Shown: piece after piece, positions 49,016-59,318 of the stretch
Layout: every line of letters starts with the position of its first letter
Position numbering within the stretch: position 1 is the stretch's first letter
Source of the DNA: Candidatus Bathyarchaeia archaeon
GTDB taxonomy: Archaea; Thermoproteota; Bathyarchaeia; Bathyarchaeales; Bathycorpusculaceae
Assembly (NCBI GenBank): GCA_049521795.1
Contig: JBEKOM010000002.1
Coordinates: forward strand, 64,001-128,000
Direction: 5' to 3'
DNA: 64,000 nt
Position numbers and translations under genes: made by a program
Notes under the pieces: model-generated
The model's input: the letters and a program-made list of their open reading frames with translations, nothing else
Told to the model about the DNA's origin: nothing
The model's database searches: none

Positions 49016-49555
49016 TCTTTTCTCCCTTCTCCTTTTTATGTACGTACTATTGTGCGTGTCTGCCAATTTAAGGATTCTGGAATCATCTTCTAGCACTATC
49101 ATAAACCTGAAGGTTAAACATAAGCCTTTGCGAGACGCGTTCCAATTGAGAAATAGCAGAAAAAGGCGCTTTCGAGTAGCAAAAGACTTGACTAATGCGC
49201 ATATGTGCACTGAAAGTCGAATATGACGCACGTCCCTGTACCATTGATAGCGTTGTCTGAGATGCTGCAATTATCTGCGTTGTCAAGATTGACCGCAGAG
49301 TCAGACAATCATCAGACATCGGTCTTCACTTTCTCTTTCCATGTTATTCATCTTCTAGTTTTGAACGCGCTGCCACTAAATAGTATGCTCCGATGCGCGC
49401 GCGGACGGAAGCTTGTGGAAAGATAGGAAACAATACGAAGTACCTTCCTCTCTTGACAGAGAGCTATACCACCATGTCGTCTCAGCTATTTTGCACTTGC
49501 GAACAAAAACAGGATCAGAGCTCTCAAACGGAAAAGAATAAGAAAAGAATCAGAG

Positions 49556-50725
49556 CTACGCTGTGCGTCCGAAATTCATACAAAGCAGGATTAGGTCGAT
49601 GATGTTAACAGTTCCGTTCCCGTCCAAGTCGGCGACTGGATTCCAGTTTGGGTCTCCAGGAGAAGACCCATATGCCTTGGCAGCCAGTATTGCGTCTTTG
49701 ATGTCCACGACGCCGTCTCCATTCAGGTCTCCCATGATCGTGAGTGCATTCGTGAAACTTCCATCAACAGTGTTAGAAGGCAATGCTTGACCGGTACTGT
49801 CCACGAGTGTCACGTTATACAGGTGAAGTGTCGAGTTTCGCGCTTTGTCTGCTTGCACTTGAAACTGGATCACGGCCAGCGTGCCGTTCCCGCTTAGCGG
49901 GGTTGACAAAGACACGTTGAATCTTACGAATGCTGCCGTGTTATCTATCTGAGTAATGGGCGTTGCTGAACCAGGAATAGAGCTGCCGCTTGCTACGGAG
50001 TTTGCGTGTAGGACACTGGCGTTGAAACCAAGCTTGAATTCCAAACCAGCTAGGCCTGAGGCGTTCACGACGTTTACGTTCACTGTGAAGTTGTTGTTGG
50101 GAACAAGGCTCGAGTTGGCGACCGTTGCAGGATCAACATAAAGCAAAGCTGTCTTTGGCAACGAAGGTGGGGCAAGATTGTTGAAGAACCCGTCATCAAG
50201 TTCGATCGTGAGTGGAAGACCGTTAGGGTCTCCGAATATAGTCGTTCCGAAGTGAATAGGGCATTCTCCAGTGCCCACGACCTTAAGCGTGATAATGGCC
50301 ACGGTGTAACTTCCGTTTATCGGTGCATAACCGCCGGAAATGGCATCTGAAGTACTTTGATAAGTGTAGGCGTATGAAGCACTATCCGCAGCTACCTTAT
50401 TCTTGAGCTGCCAAAGGTTTGATATTTGATCTGGCGGTATGGTTTCGTGAAAAATGACGTCTGTCATGCTTACTCCATTAAGCACACTGGAATTCCAGGA
50501 CAGTTGGAACTGGATGCCGGCTACTCCTGGGTCTGCTGGTATGTTGTCGACTTTGACGGAAATGTTGAAGGTGGTGTTAGGCGCTAATGAGACGTTTGCG
50601 ACTTTGGACGGGTCAACGTAGACTTTCATGGATGATGTCTGTGCTTTGCCGACAGGCATTGCAATCGTGAAGACAAAGGATGCCAAAAGGATTGCTACAG
50701 GTATCACTGCAACTCTCTTGACCAT
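49556..50725 (-). CDS. Secreted protein with two cohesin domains and a C-terminal dockerin
   Basis: Signal peptide MVKRVAVIP..; GIQFQLSWN and GLEFKLGFN cohesins; GDLNGDGVVDIKD..ADLDGNGTVNIID. Confidence 0.9.
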   Translation of the reverse strand: MVKRVAVIPVAILLASFVFTIAMPVGKAQTSSMKVYVDPSKVANVSLAPNTTFNISVKVDNIPADPGVAGIQFQLSWNSSVLNGVSMTDVIFHETIPPDQISNLWQLKNKVAADSASYAYTYQSTSDAISGGYAPINGSYTVAIITLKVVGTGECPIHFGTTIFGDPNGLPLTIELDDGFFNNLAPPSLPKTALLYVDPATVANSSLVPNNNFTVNVNVVNASGLAGLEFKLGFNASVLHANSVASGSSIPGSATPITQIDNTAAFVRFNVSLSTPLSGNGTLAVIQFQVQADKARNSTLHLYNVTLVDSTGQALPSNTVDGSFTNALTIMGDLNGDGVVDIKDAILAAKAYGSSPGDPNWNPVADLDGNGTVNIIDLILLCMNFGRTA

Positions 50726-50896
50726 GTCTCCTTCTCTCCGATGATATAACAAGCTACGGTGATTTATTATAAACATTCTGGAGTATTCTTCTATCGAAAG
50801 TCCATGGCTCTTTTGCCTCAGGAGAGAGTCAAAGCGGAAAAGCGGAGGGTGATTTCCTTTCGAGAGTACTATGCTCTGACATCAAGCGGACACAAT

Positions 50897-52132
50897 CTAC
50901 TCCAGATGGGAGGCACTACTAGTCAATTGGCGCAATATCTGTGCGATCTTGCCTGCAGGAGCGTCTGATCTTATTCCCCTTGAATTGAAGTGCGTCAACG
51001 ATGCATGGAAACCTGCTTTTCGCAAGGACTCCACCACATCGTTGACCCGTGGAACTGGCAGGTTCAGGACATCGCACATCTCATCAACTACGAAGTATGT
51101 GGGTGGACCATCAGACTCGTCCTTGATCAAGGCCAGCATTTTTCGTATTTTTCCCCCAAGCTTGAGTTTCCTGCTCTGGATTTCCTTTTCCATCATGTCG
51201 CAGAAACTAGTGTCAAACAAGCTTCCAAGCCACAGAGGTCCAGCGACCGAAAGCTTTGAGCCACACTCGCTGCACTCCCTTGGGCGCAGAATTTCGAACA
51301 ACCCCTTTACTGTTTCCCTGTGGAGGCACGTGAAACAGTGCAAGACATAACCCATATTCTTCACGCTTTCATCAGCGCTCTTTGCCCCGTACTTTGCCGT
51401 CGCGTAGACCCTGATGTAGTGTTCACCTCGATGCGTGAAGATCGGGCTCACGCCGATGTCGTGTTTGGCAGCGACAGCGGTCAGACATCCAGCCAAGAGC
51501 CTGGCAGCCAGTTCGTGGCAGTATTCAGTTCGCAGAGGTTTTCCGCCGTATTTTCTGATGCATGCTTTTGGATGAACGCCGCACAGAGACGCCATGTCTG
51601 TGGCTGTTAGTGCAAGAAGACCCTTGTCACGCAGGGCTCGAACAGCAGAATCGAGAAAGGGCACTGGAGAGCCGAAGGGGTCAATGTCTATTGCATCAAA
51701 TCGCTTACGCGGAGCGCTGTAACTGCTTAGGATAAGGTTTGCTTCCTTTTTTCTTACAGTAATGTGTTTAGCAAGGCTGTTCAACTGCACGTTGTAGCTC
51801 GCAAGGCGGAAAGCCTGCTGGTTGATGTCGTTCAAAACGGTTTTTCTTACTCCTTCGACTTCCACGGCAAAGCGTATTCCTCTCAGGCCGCAGCCAGTTA
51901 GGGGTTCGCACACAGAGATCTTACGCTTGATCTTTCTCTGATACGCTTGCAGGACCAGAACAGCTAGGTCGCGATTCAACTCCATGACAGGATTGTAGAA
52001 TACGGGGGCCTTGGAAGGTGCATACTCAGAAGGCAGCTTCACGAACGCCTTAAGTTCGGGAACCAACACTTTGACTCTGCCCTCTTCAATGAGTTCCGTC
52101 GGATAATTCGGTTTGAAGCTTTCAAGAATCAT
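50897..52132 (-). CDS. trm1: tRNA (guanine-26-N2)-dimethyltransferase
   Basis: VFYNPVMELNRDL, GLRGIR, DIDPFGSP, TATD, GPLWLG. Confidence 0.95.
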   Translation of the reverse strand: MILESFKPNYPTELIEEGRVKVLVPELKAFVKLPSEYAPSKAPVFYNPVMELNRDLAVLVLQAYQRKIKRKISVCEPLTGCGLRGIRFAVEVEGVRKTVLNDINQQAFRLASYNVQLNSLAKHITVRKKEANLILSSYSAPRKRFDAIDIDPFGSPVPFLDSAVRALRDKGLLALTATDMASLCGVHPKACIRKYGGKPLRTEYCHELAARLLAGCLTAVAAKHDIGVSPIFTHRGEHYIRVYATAKYGAKSADESVKNMGYVLHCFTCLHRETVKGLFEILRPRECSECGSKLSVAGPLWLGSLFDTSFCDMMEKEIQSRKLKLGGKIRKMLALIKDESDGPPTYFVVDEMCDVLNLPVPRVNDVVESLRKAGFHASLTHFNSRGIRSDAPAGKIAQILRQLTSSASHLE

Positions 52133-52207
52133 GTTGCGGCTGTTCCTCAACCATGGTTAAGGAAAAACCTTTAAGGTGATATTAGACTTCTGGTGTGAAG
52201 CGAACAA

Positions 52208-52765
52208 ATGTTGAAGAAACGTATACTGCTCATAACTGGTAGTCCAGGCGTTGGCAAGACAACTCTTTTGTTGAAGGTTGCTGAAACTTTGAAAGCTAAC
52301 GGCTACGGTGTCGGAGGAATGATAAGCCGTGATGTTCGCACGTCTGGAAGCCGCGTTGGCTTCGAGGTTACGGACTTGAACAGTGGCAACAAGGGCTGGC
52401 TTGCGAGTGTGCAACAGGAACGAGGCCCGCAAGTGGGAAAGTACCGAGTTAACGTGGATGACCTGAATGGCATAGGTGTGAAGGCCATAGTGGAGGCTGT
52501 TGAGAAGCTTGACGTTGTCGTTGTTGACGAGATTGGACCCATGGAGCTCTTTTCAGTGAAGTTCAGGGAAGCTGTCAAGAAGGCTGTTGAAAGCAAGAAG
52601 CTCGTGGTCTCTACAATTCACTGGAAAATGAGCGGCGAGTTGATAGACAGCATAAAGAAAAGGGAAGACGCTGAAATACACGTTCTCACGAACGAGAACC
52701 GGGGGCGCGTGCTTGAAGAGATCGTCAGAGAGGCATTAGACTTTCTTTCGAGAGTTGATGGTTAA
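52208..52765 (+). CDS. Nucleoside-triphosphatase (THEP1/NTPase_1 family)
   Basis: TGSPGVGKTT, RVGF, VGKYRV, VDEIGPMEL. Confidence 0.92.
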   Translation: MLKKRILLITGSPGVGKTTLLLKVAETLKANGYGVGGMISRDVRTSGSRVGFEVTDLNSGNKGWLASVQQERGPQVGKYRVNVDDLNGIGVKAIVEAVEKLDVVVVDEIGPMELFSVKFREAVKKAVESKKLVVSTIHWKMSGELIDSIKKREDAEIHVLTNENRGRVLEEIVREALDFLSRVDG

Positions 52766-52819
52766 CAAAGGGTTATAACTCTGAAGCCAAAATAGCTCAT
52801 GACGAAGAGACTGGTTCTG

Positions 52820-53482
52820 ATGTTGATTGCGGGCGTCGACGATGCAGGCCGCGGCGCCGTGATTGGCCCGTTGGTTATTGCTGGTGTTTTGGTCAAAGAA
52901 GAGGATTTGCCGCGGCTTAAGGAATTGGGTGTTAAGGATTCCAAGCTTTTGTCTCCGCGTAGGCGGGAGGTGCTGGCTGTCGAAATTAGGAAGATTGTTC
53001 AGAAATATGCTGTGGTGAAGCTTCAGCCAGAAGAGATAGATGTGGTTGTGAAGAGCGGCCGGAAGCTTCACAAGTTGAACTGGTTGGAAGCGCAAACCAT
53101 GGCAAGGGTCATTGAGATGCTTAAGCCGGACAGGGTTTACGTCGATGCTTCTGACGTTTTGGAGGAGCGGTTTAAACAGCACATCTTAGAGTGTATGTCT
53201 TTCAGAGTTGACATTATCTCTGAGCACAAGGCCGACAGAAACTACGTGGCGGTTTCAGCAGCATCCATAATCGCCAAAGTTGAGAGGGACCGAGAAGTTG
53301 CAGAGCTCGCGAGGGTCTATGGAGATTTTGGATCGGGCTATCCTTCGGACCAAAGGACCATGGATTTTCTGAAACTGCTGGTGGAGAAAACGGAAGAGTA
53401 CCCTGAATTCATAAGAAAGTCGTGGAAGCCTGCGAAAAAAGTCAAGGATGGAAGAGGTTCGCATCAGACGGAGCTTGCTTGA
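52820..53482 (+). CDS. rnhB: Ribonuclease HII
   Basis: GVDDAGRG, DSKLL, VDA, HKAD, AASIIAK, GSGYPSD. Confidence 0.96.
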   Translation: MLIAGVDDAGRGAVIGPLVIAGVLVKEEDLPRLKELGVKDSKLLSPRRREVLAVEIRKIVQKYAVVKLQPEEIDVVVKSGRKLHKLNWLEAQTMARVIEMLKPDRVYVDASDVLEERFKQHILECMSFRVDIISEHKADRNYVAVSAASIIAKVERDREVAELARVYGDFGSGYPSDQRTMDFLKLLVEKTEEYPEFIRKSWKPAKKVKDGRGSHQTELA

Positions 53483-54425
53483 AGTTTGCGATCAGGTCTT
53501 CTGGACCCTTGATCTTGGAAAACTCTTCGCTGCTGATGCATGGAATATCCTTCTCTCGATGTCCTTGAGTTTCAGTGATGAGAATTGGATGAGCCTTCAC
53601 GATTTTGCTCACGCTTAGAATCTCGTCAACTCTTCTGTTTAGTTCCTGTTCCTTGTCATTGGCGACTCCGCCTATTATCTGGACCTTTTGTTCCGGCACG
53701 TTCAGTACGAAGTCGAAAGGCGCCTTCTTCACGCTTGTGACGTGCAGTGGAGCAAGCCTCCTTAGAATCATGTTCAGAAACTTGCTCTTGGCAAAAACGC
53801 GTCTGGCGGTCGTCAAGATGCACTGTTTGCGTCGAGTCCTTGACTCTTGAAAGATGTCCACGGGCTTAGCTACTGGGATTCCGAGAGTCCATATCAGATT
53901 GTAAGCTGCGGAAACGGAAGCCTTGGCCAGGCCCCGTTCATAGCCATAAACGGTTCTTCGCGACATGCCCACCATGTCAGCCATTTCCCCGACTGATAGG
54001 CCCATCTTCTGTCTCCGCTGCTTGAGCGCTTCCCCATCGATTTCAACGTAGTAACCCCCAGGGCTGGCCTGAATCAACGGACGAATGTTGTGGAGCACAA
54101 CGTTCTCGAAAGTTCTTGCGGTGACGGCGAGGATGTCATGTCTCTTGTAGATCGTGTCGTCCTCAAGAGGTTTTTCCCGTGCCTCTTCGCCTATCAGCAA
54201 GGAAGCAGCTGAGAAGTTTCTCGCTATTTCTCCAAGCTCTTGCGAGTCATTTAGGGACATATTCCCGATGTCAGACTGGATCTTTATGAAGATCAGGTTC
54301 TCTTCTCTCCTTGCTGCGAAGTCGAAGCAGCTCGGACGAGAAGTGCATGGTTGGGAGACGGTGAAACCAGCTTGTTGTAGAAGGGCTTCTGCAGTTTCTA
54401 AGTGCTCCCTTCCCCCATGAGCCAT
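53442..54425 (-). CDS. Archaeal XRE-HTH transcriptional regulator (COG1395-like)
   Basis: CFDFAARR N-domain, GGYYVEIDG, LSVGEMADMVGMSRRTVYGYERG HTH, KAPFD. Confidence 0.85.
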   Translation of the reverse strand: MAHGGREHLETAEALLQQAGFTVSQPCTSRPSCFDFAARREENLIFIKIQSDIGNMSLNDSQELGEIARNFSAASLLIGEEAREKPLEDDTIYKRHDILAVTARTFENVVLHNIRPLIQASPGGYYVEIDGEALKQRRQKMGLSVGEMADMVGMSRRTVYGYERGLAKASVSAAYNLIWTLGIPVAKPVDIFQESRTRRKQCILTTARRVFAKSKFLNMILRRLAPLHVTSVKKAPFDFVLNVPEQKVQIIGGVANDKEQELNRRVDEILSVSKIVKAHPILITETQGHREKDIPCISSEEFSKIKGPEDLIANFKQAPSDANLFHP

Positions 54426-54464
54426 ATAACCGCCACGTTAAACATGAATTACATTGTGAGATAT

Positions 54465-54569
54465 AAACAATACTTGTCTTCTAGAACTCAGTTATATTCA
54501 AACGATGCTTATCTTCTAGAATTCAGTACCATACAAACAATGCTGGTCTTCTAGAACTTAGTTACATGT
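54465..54569. repeat. Three tandem 35-bp repeats, each containing the palindrome TTCTAGAA
   Basis: Units start at 54465, 54500 and 54535; consensus AAACAATGCTTGTCTTCTAGAACTCAGTTA. Confidence 0.88.
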
Positions 54570-55257
54570 GAGCCACGATCATGGCGTGCGCTTTGTCGTA
54601 GGGTTCCAGATGCACGACTTCTTCAATCTTGAAACCACGGTTCTCCAGGACCTTGACTTCGCTTTTGTAGACTTCAGCGGGCTCCTTTGTCACGTCTATG
54701 CTCTGCGCCTTCACTGCAAGCATCACCCATCCGCGATCTTTGAGAAATTGATCTGCGTTGTCTGCCAGAACCTTAGCTTGTTCAGGCTGGGCTATGTCGC
54801 AATAGATGTCATCAACCTTTCCGCGTATGAACATCGCGTATTTTTGGGGAAAACGAGCATCTTCAAGGATCGGCGACATGTTCATCCTGTAGGTGCACAC
54901 GTTGTCAACCAGATCCCTTATGGATCGGGAGGCGAACTCTACGCAGTACATGTGGCCTTTTTCTCCGATGATGTCCGAAACGTGGCTTGCGGTTGTTCCT
55001 GAAGCAGCTCCCAGATAGAGAACCAAATGCTTCGGTTTGACTGGAACCGTTTTCAAACCTTTCAGGATTGCTGCGGCCAACTTGCTTCTAAACGCGTCCC
55101 AGACTCTGTATTCGACGCCCTCGCACCGTATCAGCCTTTCACCGTAGACGTTTCTTCCCGGTGTCAAGTTTCTGGTGGCGAGTCTTCGCGCGCCATCCTC
55201 AAGAGTCACGTCATATACTTCGGCAAACTTCGGATGGGGTTTGACCTTAACGATCAC
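54562..55257 (-). CDS. flpA: Fibrillarin-like rRNA/tRNA 2'-O-methyltransferase
   Basis: VYGE, RSKLAAAI, LYLGAASGTT.SHVSD, DIAQPEQA, LEPYDKAH. Confidence 0.96.
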   Translation of the reverse strand: MIVKVKPHPKFAEVYDVTLEDGARRLATRNLTPGRNVYGERLIRCEGVEYRVWDAFRSKLAAAILKGLKTVPVKPKHLVLYLGAASGTTASHVSDIIGEKGHMYCVEFASRSIRDLVDNVCTYRMNMSPILEDARFPQKYAMFIRGKVDDIYCDIAQPEQAKVLADNADQFLKDRGWVMLAVKAQSIDVTKEPAEVYKSEVKVLENRGFKIEEVVHLEPYDKAHAMIVAHM

Positions 55258-56479
55258 GCCTGTGTTTTCCCCATTTCTTCTTGTCTCTAGGCTTTTCGCG
55301 TCGAGGTCTGGTAACTGGCAACGGAGGGGGTTGATCATACTTCTGGTGGATCTCTTCGATTCGTTTGTCCATGTTGGCTTTCAGCTCTTTACCTATATGC
55401 CTGCCTCCGAAGGCGTCTGCCCTAGCAGCTATTGCCAACTTTCCTGCGAGTGCCCGAGCGATTTTCCCTCTCTGCCATCTCTTCGCGTCATGCAACAGTG
55501 TGTGCTGGAAAATCAACCCGTGCTTCGGCGGCCTCGTACCGGTTTTCAGCGAGCGGAAAAGGGCTTTCTCAGCGCCTAGAACCTGAACCGTGCTTGCCGG
55601 CCTCTTGGCCAGATTCATCAAACCTCCAGATAATGCTATCAGGCGTGCCCCTAGAAGCGAGCCTACCAAGTATTTCATGTTCGGCGCAACCTCTTCCATG
55701 GTTGAGTCCATGTAGGTTTCCAGGTTTTGACGAGTTTTGTACAGATTCATGATATCGCTGCACAGTACCTGAATCTGTTTCAAATCGGCATCGTCGAGGT
55801 CTGCGCCCATTGATTTCTCTGCAACCTTTGCTATCCCTTCGGCCTTCGATTTCGGAACCTCCTCACCCTCAAGCCTGTCTATTGTGAAGTTGTCTTTGTT
55901 GCCCAGTTTGACCACAAGCCGCGCGTACGTCTCGTGCTTTTCCAGCAGACGGTCCAGCTCCGGGAAGTGTATGCCGTACCATTCTCTCACTCGGGCCATG
56001 AGCATGTTTATGGTCTTGTCCAACTCGTCTAGGCTTTGGATGGCTTGGGCAACGACGAGGTCTCTTTTCTCGACGGCTCCTTTGACCCGTAGCTTAGTGA
56101 TTTCCATCGTGACGTTGTGGGTCCACAGGGCAAACTCGTCAGCGTCTTTGACGAACCCGGCTTTGACCGCAAACGTTTCAGGCTTGGACCGAAGAAGCTC
56201 GCCCGCGTTTGAAGGTTTTGACACTTCAACTTTGATTCCGAGTTTCTCTTGAACCTCCTTAGCGAGGTTTGCGTTTTCGAAGGCGAAATCGTCGTAGCCC
56301 TTTTCCTTGAGCGCGCCGATTAGGCTGGAAACGCCTTCAATTATCCTTCCTGCTTCGATGTTAGCGAGGGTTTTCGCTGCGCTCTGCGGGTTCTTTAGGA
56401 ATAAGACTGTCGCTATTAGCTTGTTTTCTGCGTCGAAAGCCAGTATTCCAAAGGAGCCCTCAACTATCGTCACTTTCAT
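55247..56479 (-). CDS. nop5: C/D box sRNP core protein Nop5
   Basis: REWYGIHFPEL, APNM, PASTVQVLGAEKALFR, PKHGLIFQH, AARADAF. Confidence 0.96.
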   Translation of the reverse strand: MKVTIVEGSFGILAFDAENKLIATVLFLKNPQSAAKTLANIEAGRIIEGVSSLIGALKEKGYDDFAFENANLAKEVQEKLGIKVEVSKPSNAGELLRSKPETFAVKAGFVKDADEFALWTHNVTMEITKLRVKGAVEKRDLVVAQAIQSLDELDKTINMLMARVREWYGIHFPELDRLLEKHETYARLVVKLGNKDNFTIDRLEGEEVPKSKAEGIAKVAEKSMGADLDDADLKQIQVLCSDIMNLYKTRQNLETYMDSTMEEVAPNMKYLVGSLLGARLIALSGGLMNLAKRPASTVQVLGAEKALFRSLKTGTRPPKHGLIFQHTLLHDAKRWQRGKIARALAGKLAIAARADAFGGRHIGKELKANMDKRIEEIHQKYDQPPPLPVTRPRREKPRDKKKWGKHRRDR

Positions 56480-56624
56480 CTGAATGCCTCAGCACTACTA
56501 TTGCAGAGGTATGTGTTAATAAAAACTTACTGGGGCCCTGGAGTCCGTGGTTCGAAATCGTCTCCTTGGTACAAACTAATATAATTGGTAGGCTTAACAA
56601 GCAGCTGGTCAAGGTGCAAAACGG

Positions 56625-57545
56625 GTGAAAGACGCTGGTTTGGGCGTTGATCTGGCGGGTTTGAGGCTTGCCAATCCGACCATGTTGGCCTCTGGGATTT
56701 TGGGGTATTCCGTTGAAACGCTGGCAAACATCGTTAAGGCCGGAGCGGGAGCGGTGGTGACGAAGTCAGTTTCAGCGAAGCCACGGGAAGGTTATGCGAA
56801 CCCAACGGTTGTTCAGGCGGACTGCGGTTTGATCAATGCGGTTGGGCTTCCAAACCCTGGGATAGAGGAGTTTGCCAAGGAGATCAGCAATGCAAAAGCC
56901 GTCCTGGGTGTGCCACTCGTCGTCAGCGTCTTCGGTTTCTCAGCTGAAGAGTACGCGTCAGTGGCTAGAAGAGCCGTCGGTGCAGGCGCTGATGGAGTGG
57001 AGCTCAACGTTTCATGTCCGCACGTCAAGGAGACGGGTTCGGAGATCGGTCAGGACGCGAAGATTCTAACTCAGGTCATTGGAAAGGTCAAGGCTTCTGT
57101 GAACAAGCCGGTCCTGGTCAAGTTGTCGCCCAACGTCACGAGCATGTCAGACATCGCATGTGCCGCTGAACGCGCTGGGGCGGATGCCTTGACGGTTATG
57201 AATACGGTGAAAGCGATGGCCATAGACGTTGAGACAGCGATGCCGGTCTTGGCGAACAGGGTAGGAGGCTTGTCGGGCGCAGCGGTGAAACCTATCGCGC
57301 TTAGGAACGTTTACGAAGTTTACGAGCAGGTCGATGTTCCAATAGTAGGCTGCGGCGGAATAACTGATTGGCGTGACGCGTTGGAATTCCTCTTGGCAGG
57401 GGCTTCAGCTGTTCAAGTAGGCACGGCGATAGCCGATGAGGGGCTCGGAGTGTTCAGAGCCGTTACTCTCGGAATAGGTGCGTACCTGAAAAAGAAACGT
57501 TGGAGGAGCGTGAGTGAAATCGTTGGCTTGTCACACCGTAGCTAA
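56625..57545 (+). CDS. pyrD: Dihydroorotate dehydrogenase catalytic subunit (family 1B)
   Basis: NPTMLASG, NAVGLPNPG, ELNVSCPH, VKLSPN, GGLSG, GCGGI. Confidence 0.95.
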   Translation: MKDAGLGVDLAGLRLANPTMLASGILGYSVETLANIVKAGAGAVVTKSVSAKPREGYANPTVVQADCGLINAVGLPNPGIEEFAKEISNAKAVLGVPLVVSVFGFSAEEYASVARRAVGAGADGVELNVSCPHVKETGSEIGQDAKILTQVIGKVKASVNKPVLVKLSPNVTSMSDIACAAERAGADALTVMNTVKAMAIDVETAMPVLANRVGGLSGAAVKPIALRNVYEVYEQVDVPIVGCGGITDWRDALEFLLAGASAVQVGTAIADEGLGVFRAVTLGIGAYLKKKRWRSVSEIVGLSHRS

Positions 57546-58347
57546 CCAGCTTAGAACCAAGCCCATCATCAGCATGAAAGCAGAGAGTCCAACGGTCAAG
57601 ACTTTTGTCTTCAAAGATGAACAGTGTGCAAGGGCCAAGCCGGGCCAGTTCTTGATGCTGTGGATTCCAGGCGTGGATGAGATCCCGCTGAGCATCATGG
57701 ACGCAAGAGAGGATGGAAGAGTCGCAGTTTCCGTCAAGGCTTTGGGTGAAGCCACTGTTGCGTTGCACCGGAAGAGAGTAGGCGACACAATAGGGGTACG
57801 AGGCCCGTTTGGCAACAACTTCACGATTGGCAGACGCAGAGCTTTCATGGTAGGCGGTGGAACGGGGATCGCTCCTCTCATGTTCTTGACTAGGAGGCTG
57901 ATTTCTAAGGCTGTGAGTACGACCTTTGTGTTGGGGGCAAAGACAAAGGACGAATTGCTGTTCAGAAGCGAGTTGCAGAAGTTTGGAGCGAACAGGGTTC
58001 GTCTTGTCACCTCGACTGAGGACGGGAGCTGTGGCCTCACGGGCCTGTGCACTGAACCGTTAGAGCAGATGTTGGCTAGAGAAAAGTTTGACGTGGTCTA
58101 CGCTTGCGGGCCCGAGCAGATGATACTGAAGGTTTTTGAATTGGCCGAAGAGCACGGCGCAGAGATGCAGGCAAGTTTGGAACGCCTGATGAGATGCGCC
58201 ATCGGCCTGTGTGGAAGCTGCGTTATCGGCAAGTACAGAGTCTGCGCGGACGGACCGGTGTTCACTTCAAAACAGCTTAGGCTAATGAAGGACGAGTTCG
58301 GTCTGTCCAAGCGGGACCGGTGTGGAAAAAAGGTGTTGCTCGGCTAA
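57514..58347 (+). CDS. pyrK: Dihydroorotate dehydrogenase electron transfer subunit
   Basis: PGQFLMLW, RGPFG, GGGTGIAP, CGP, CAIGLCGSC..C.DGPVF. Confidence 0.93.
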   Translation: MKSLACHTVANQLRTKPIISMKAESPTVKTFVFKDEQCARAKPGQFLMLWIPGVDEIPLSIMDAREDGRVAVSVKALGEATVALHRKRVGDTIGVRGPFGNNFTIGRRRAFMVGGGTGIAPLMFLTRRLISKAVSTTFVLGAKTKDELLFRSELQKFGANRVRLVTSTEDGSCGLTGLCTEPLEQMLAREKFDVVYACGPEQMILKVFELAEEHGAEMQASLERLMRCAIGLCGSCVIGKYRVCADGPVFTSKQLRLMKDEFGLSKRDRCGKKVLLG

Positions 58348-58564
58348 AACGGGCCCCATGCACAATTCGGATTTTTCTTTTGGTGATTCAGACCTGCCTT
58401 ATCACAGAAGATACACGAAATATATGAAGAGACAAGCTAGAAGACGAGTAACCGGGGTTAGCCACCAAAAAAGGGGCTTATCGATTGTTCTAGACAGAAA
58501 GAGGTTGAATTGATTTGATCTTTCGAGTTTTCGTTGGCAGTCGCTCTGAGGGCCCGTTTTTGGC

Positions 58565-58786
58565 CTACTCTGTCTCAATTTTATAAAGGACTTTTAGGCC
58601 TTTCAACGTGTGATGAATCTTGTCGGTGAGTTGAAGTATGTCTCCGAGGTCAATGTTCCTTTTCCAATCGTAAACGTGGTCATGATATCCTCTTAAGGGT
58701 TCGAAGCCCAAAGAACGAAGTCTTTCAACGATCTCAACGGGGCCAGAGCCCTCACTGCTGAACCATATCGTCAAGTACGTCTTCAC
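58565..58786 (-). CDS. Small archaeal hypothetical protein
   Basis: KTYLTIWFSSEG..LGF..G.HD.VYDW..YKIETE; compact alpha/beta pattern. Confidence 0.7.
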   Translation of the reverse strand: MKTYLTIWFSSEGSGPVEIVERLRSLGFEPLRGYHDHVYDWKRNIDLGDILQLTDKIHHTLKGLKVLYKIETE

Positions 58787-58874
58787 AACGTAGCACCCCA
58801 AACTTCTCTTAAAAGTGATGTGCATCAATTAATGCTTTTCTGTTGCAGCTCAAAGGCAAACGCGCGGGAAGATT

Positions 58875-59318
58875 TCACTTAACGGTTACACAGGTGCTGT
58901 TTGCGTGATTGCACACTTTGGTGGATACGCTTCCCATGAATGATCGTGAGAATCTTCCCAAGCCGCGGCTTCCCATGACTATCACGTCGACGTTGTAACT
59001 TTCAGCTGCCTTAAGTATCTCGTCAGCTGGATCCCCGTTGACACAGATACGCTCAACTTTTATTCCATGAACTGCCTTGATTCTTGCTTCAGCCTCACCA
59101 AGGAACTGATCGCTTTTGCAGACAAACTCAGAATAGTCCCCGAAAGATCTTATTCCCTCAATCTCCATCCACGGCTCGAGGCCCTTAGGAACTGTTCTCT
59201 CTTCCCTCACGTGAATCAAGATAATTTCAGAATGCCATTTTTCGGCCATGTCGATAGCCATGTCAACCGCCTTCTTCGAATGCTCTGAACCATCTACCGC
59301 AACTAGAAATCTCTTCAT
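58875..59318 (-). CDS. Universal stress protein (UspA family)
   Basis: LVAVDGSEHS, GDPADEI, VMGSRG..MGSVS. Confidence 0.93.
   Translation of the reverse strand: MKRFLVAVDGSEHSKKAVDMAIDMAEKWHSEIILIHVREERTVPKGLEPWMEIEGIRSFGDYSEFVCKSDQFLGEAEARIKAVHGIKVERICVNGDPADEILKAAESYNVDVIVMGSRGLGRFSRSFMGSVSTKVCNHANSTCVTVK

Noticed and set aside
49016-49270. N-terminal extension of the cohesin protein
   Set aside because: The signal peptide and SD (GGAGAAGGGAG) point to a start at 49015.
54465-54569. Possible mini-CRISPR or C/D box sRNA cluster
   Set aside because: Units are contiguous with no unique spacers, no cas genes are nearby, and there is no RUGAUGA C box.
56531-56570. tRNA-like fragment containing GGTTCGAA
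   Set aside because: No cloverleaf or acceptor stem can be built; only a T-loop-like word is present.
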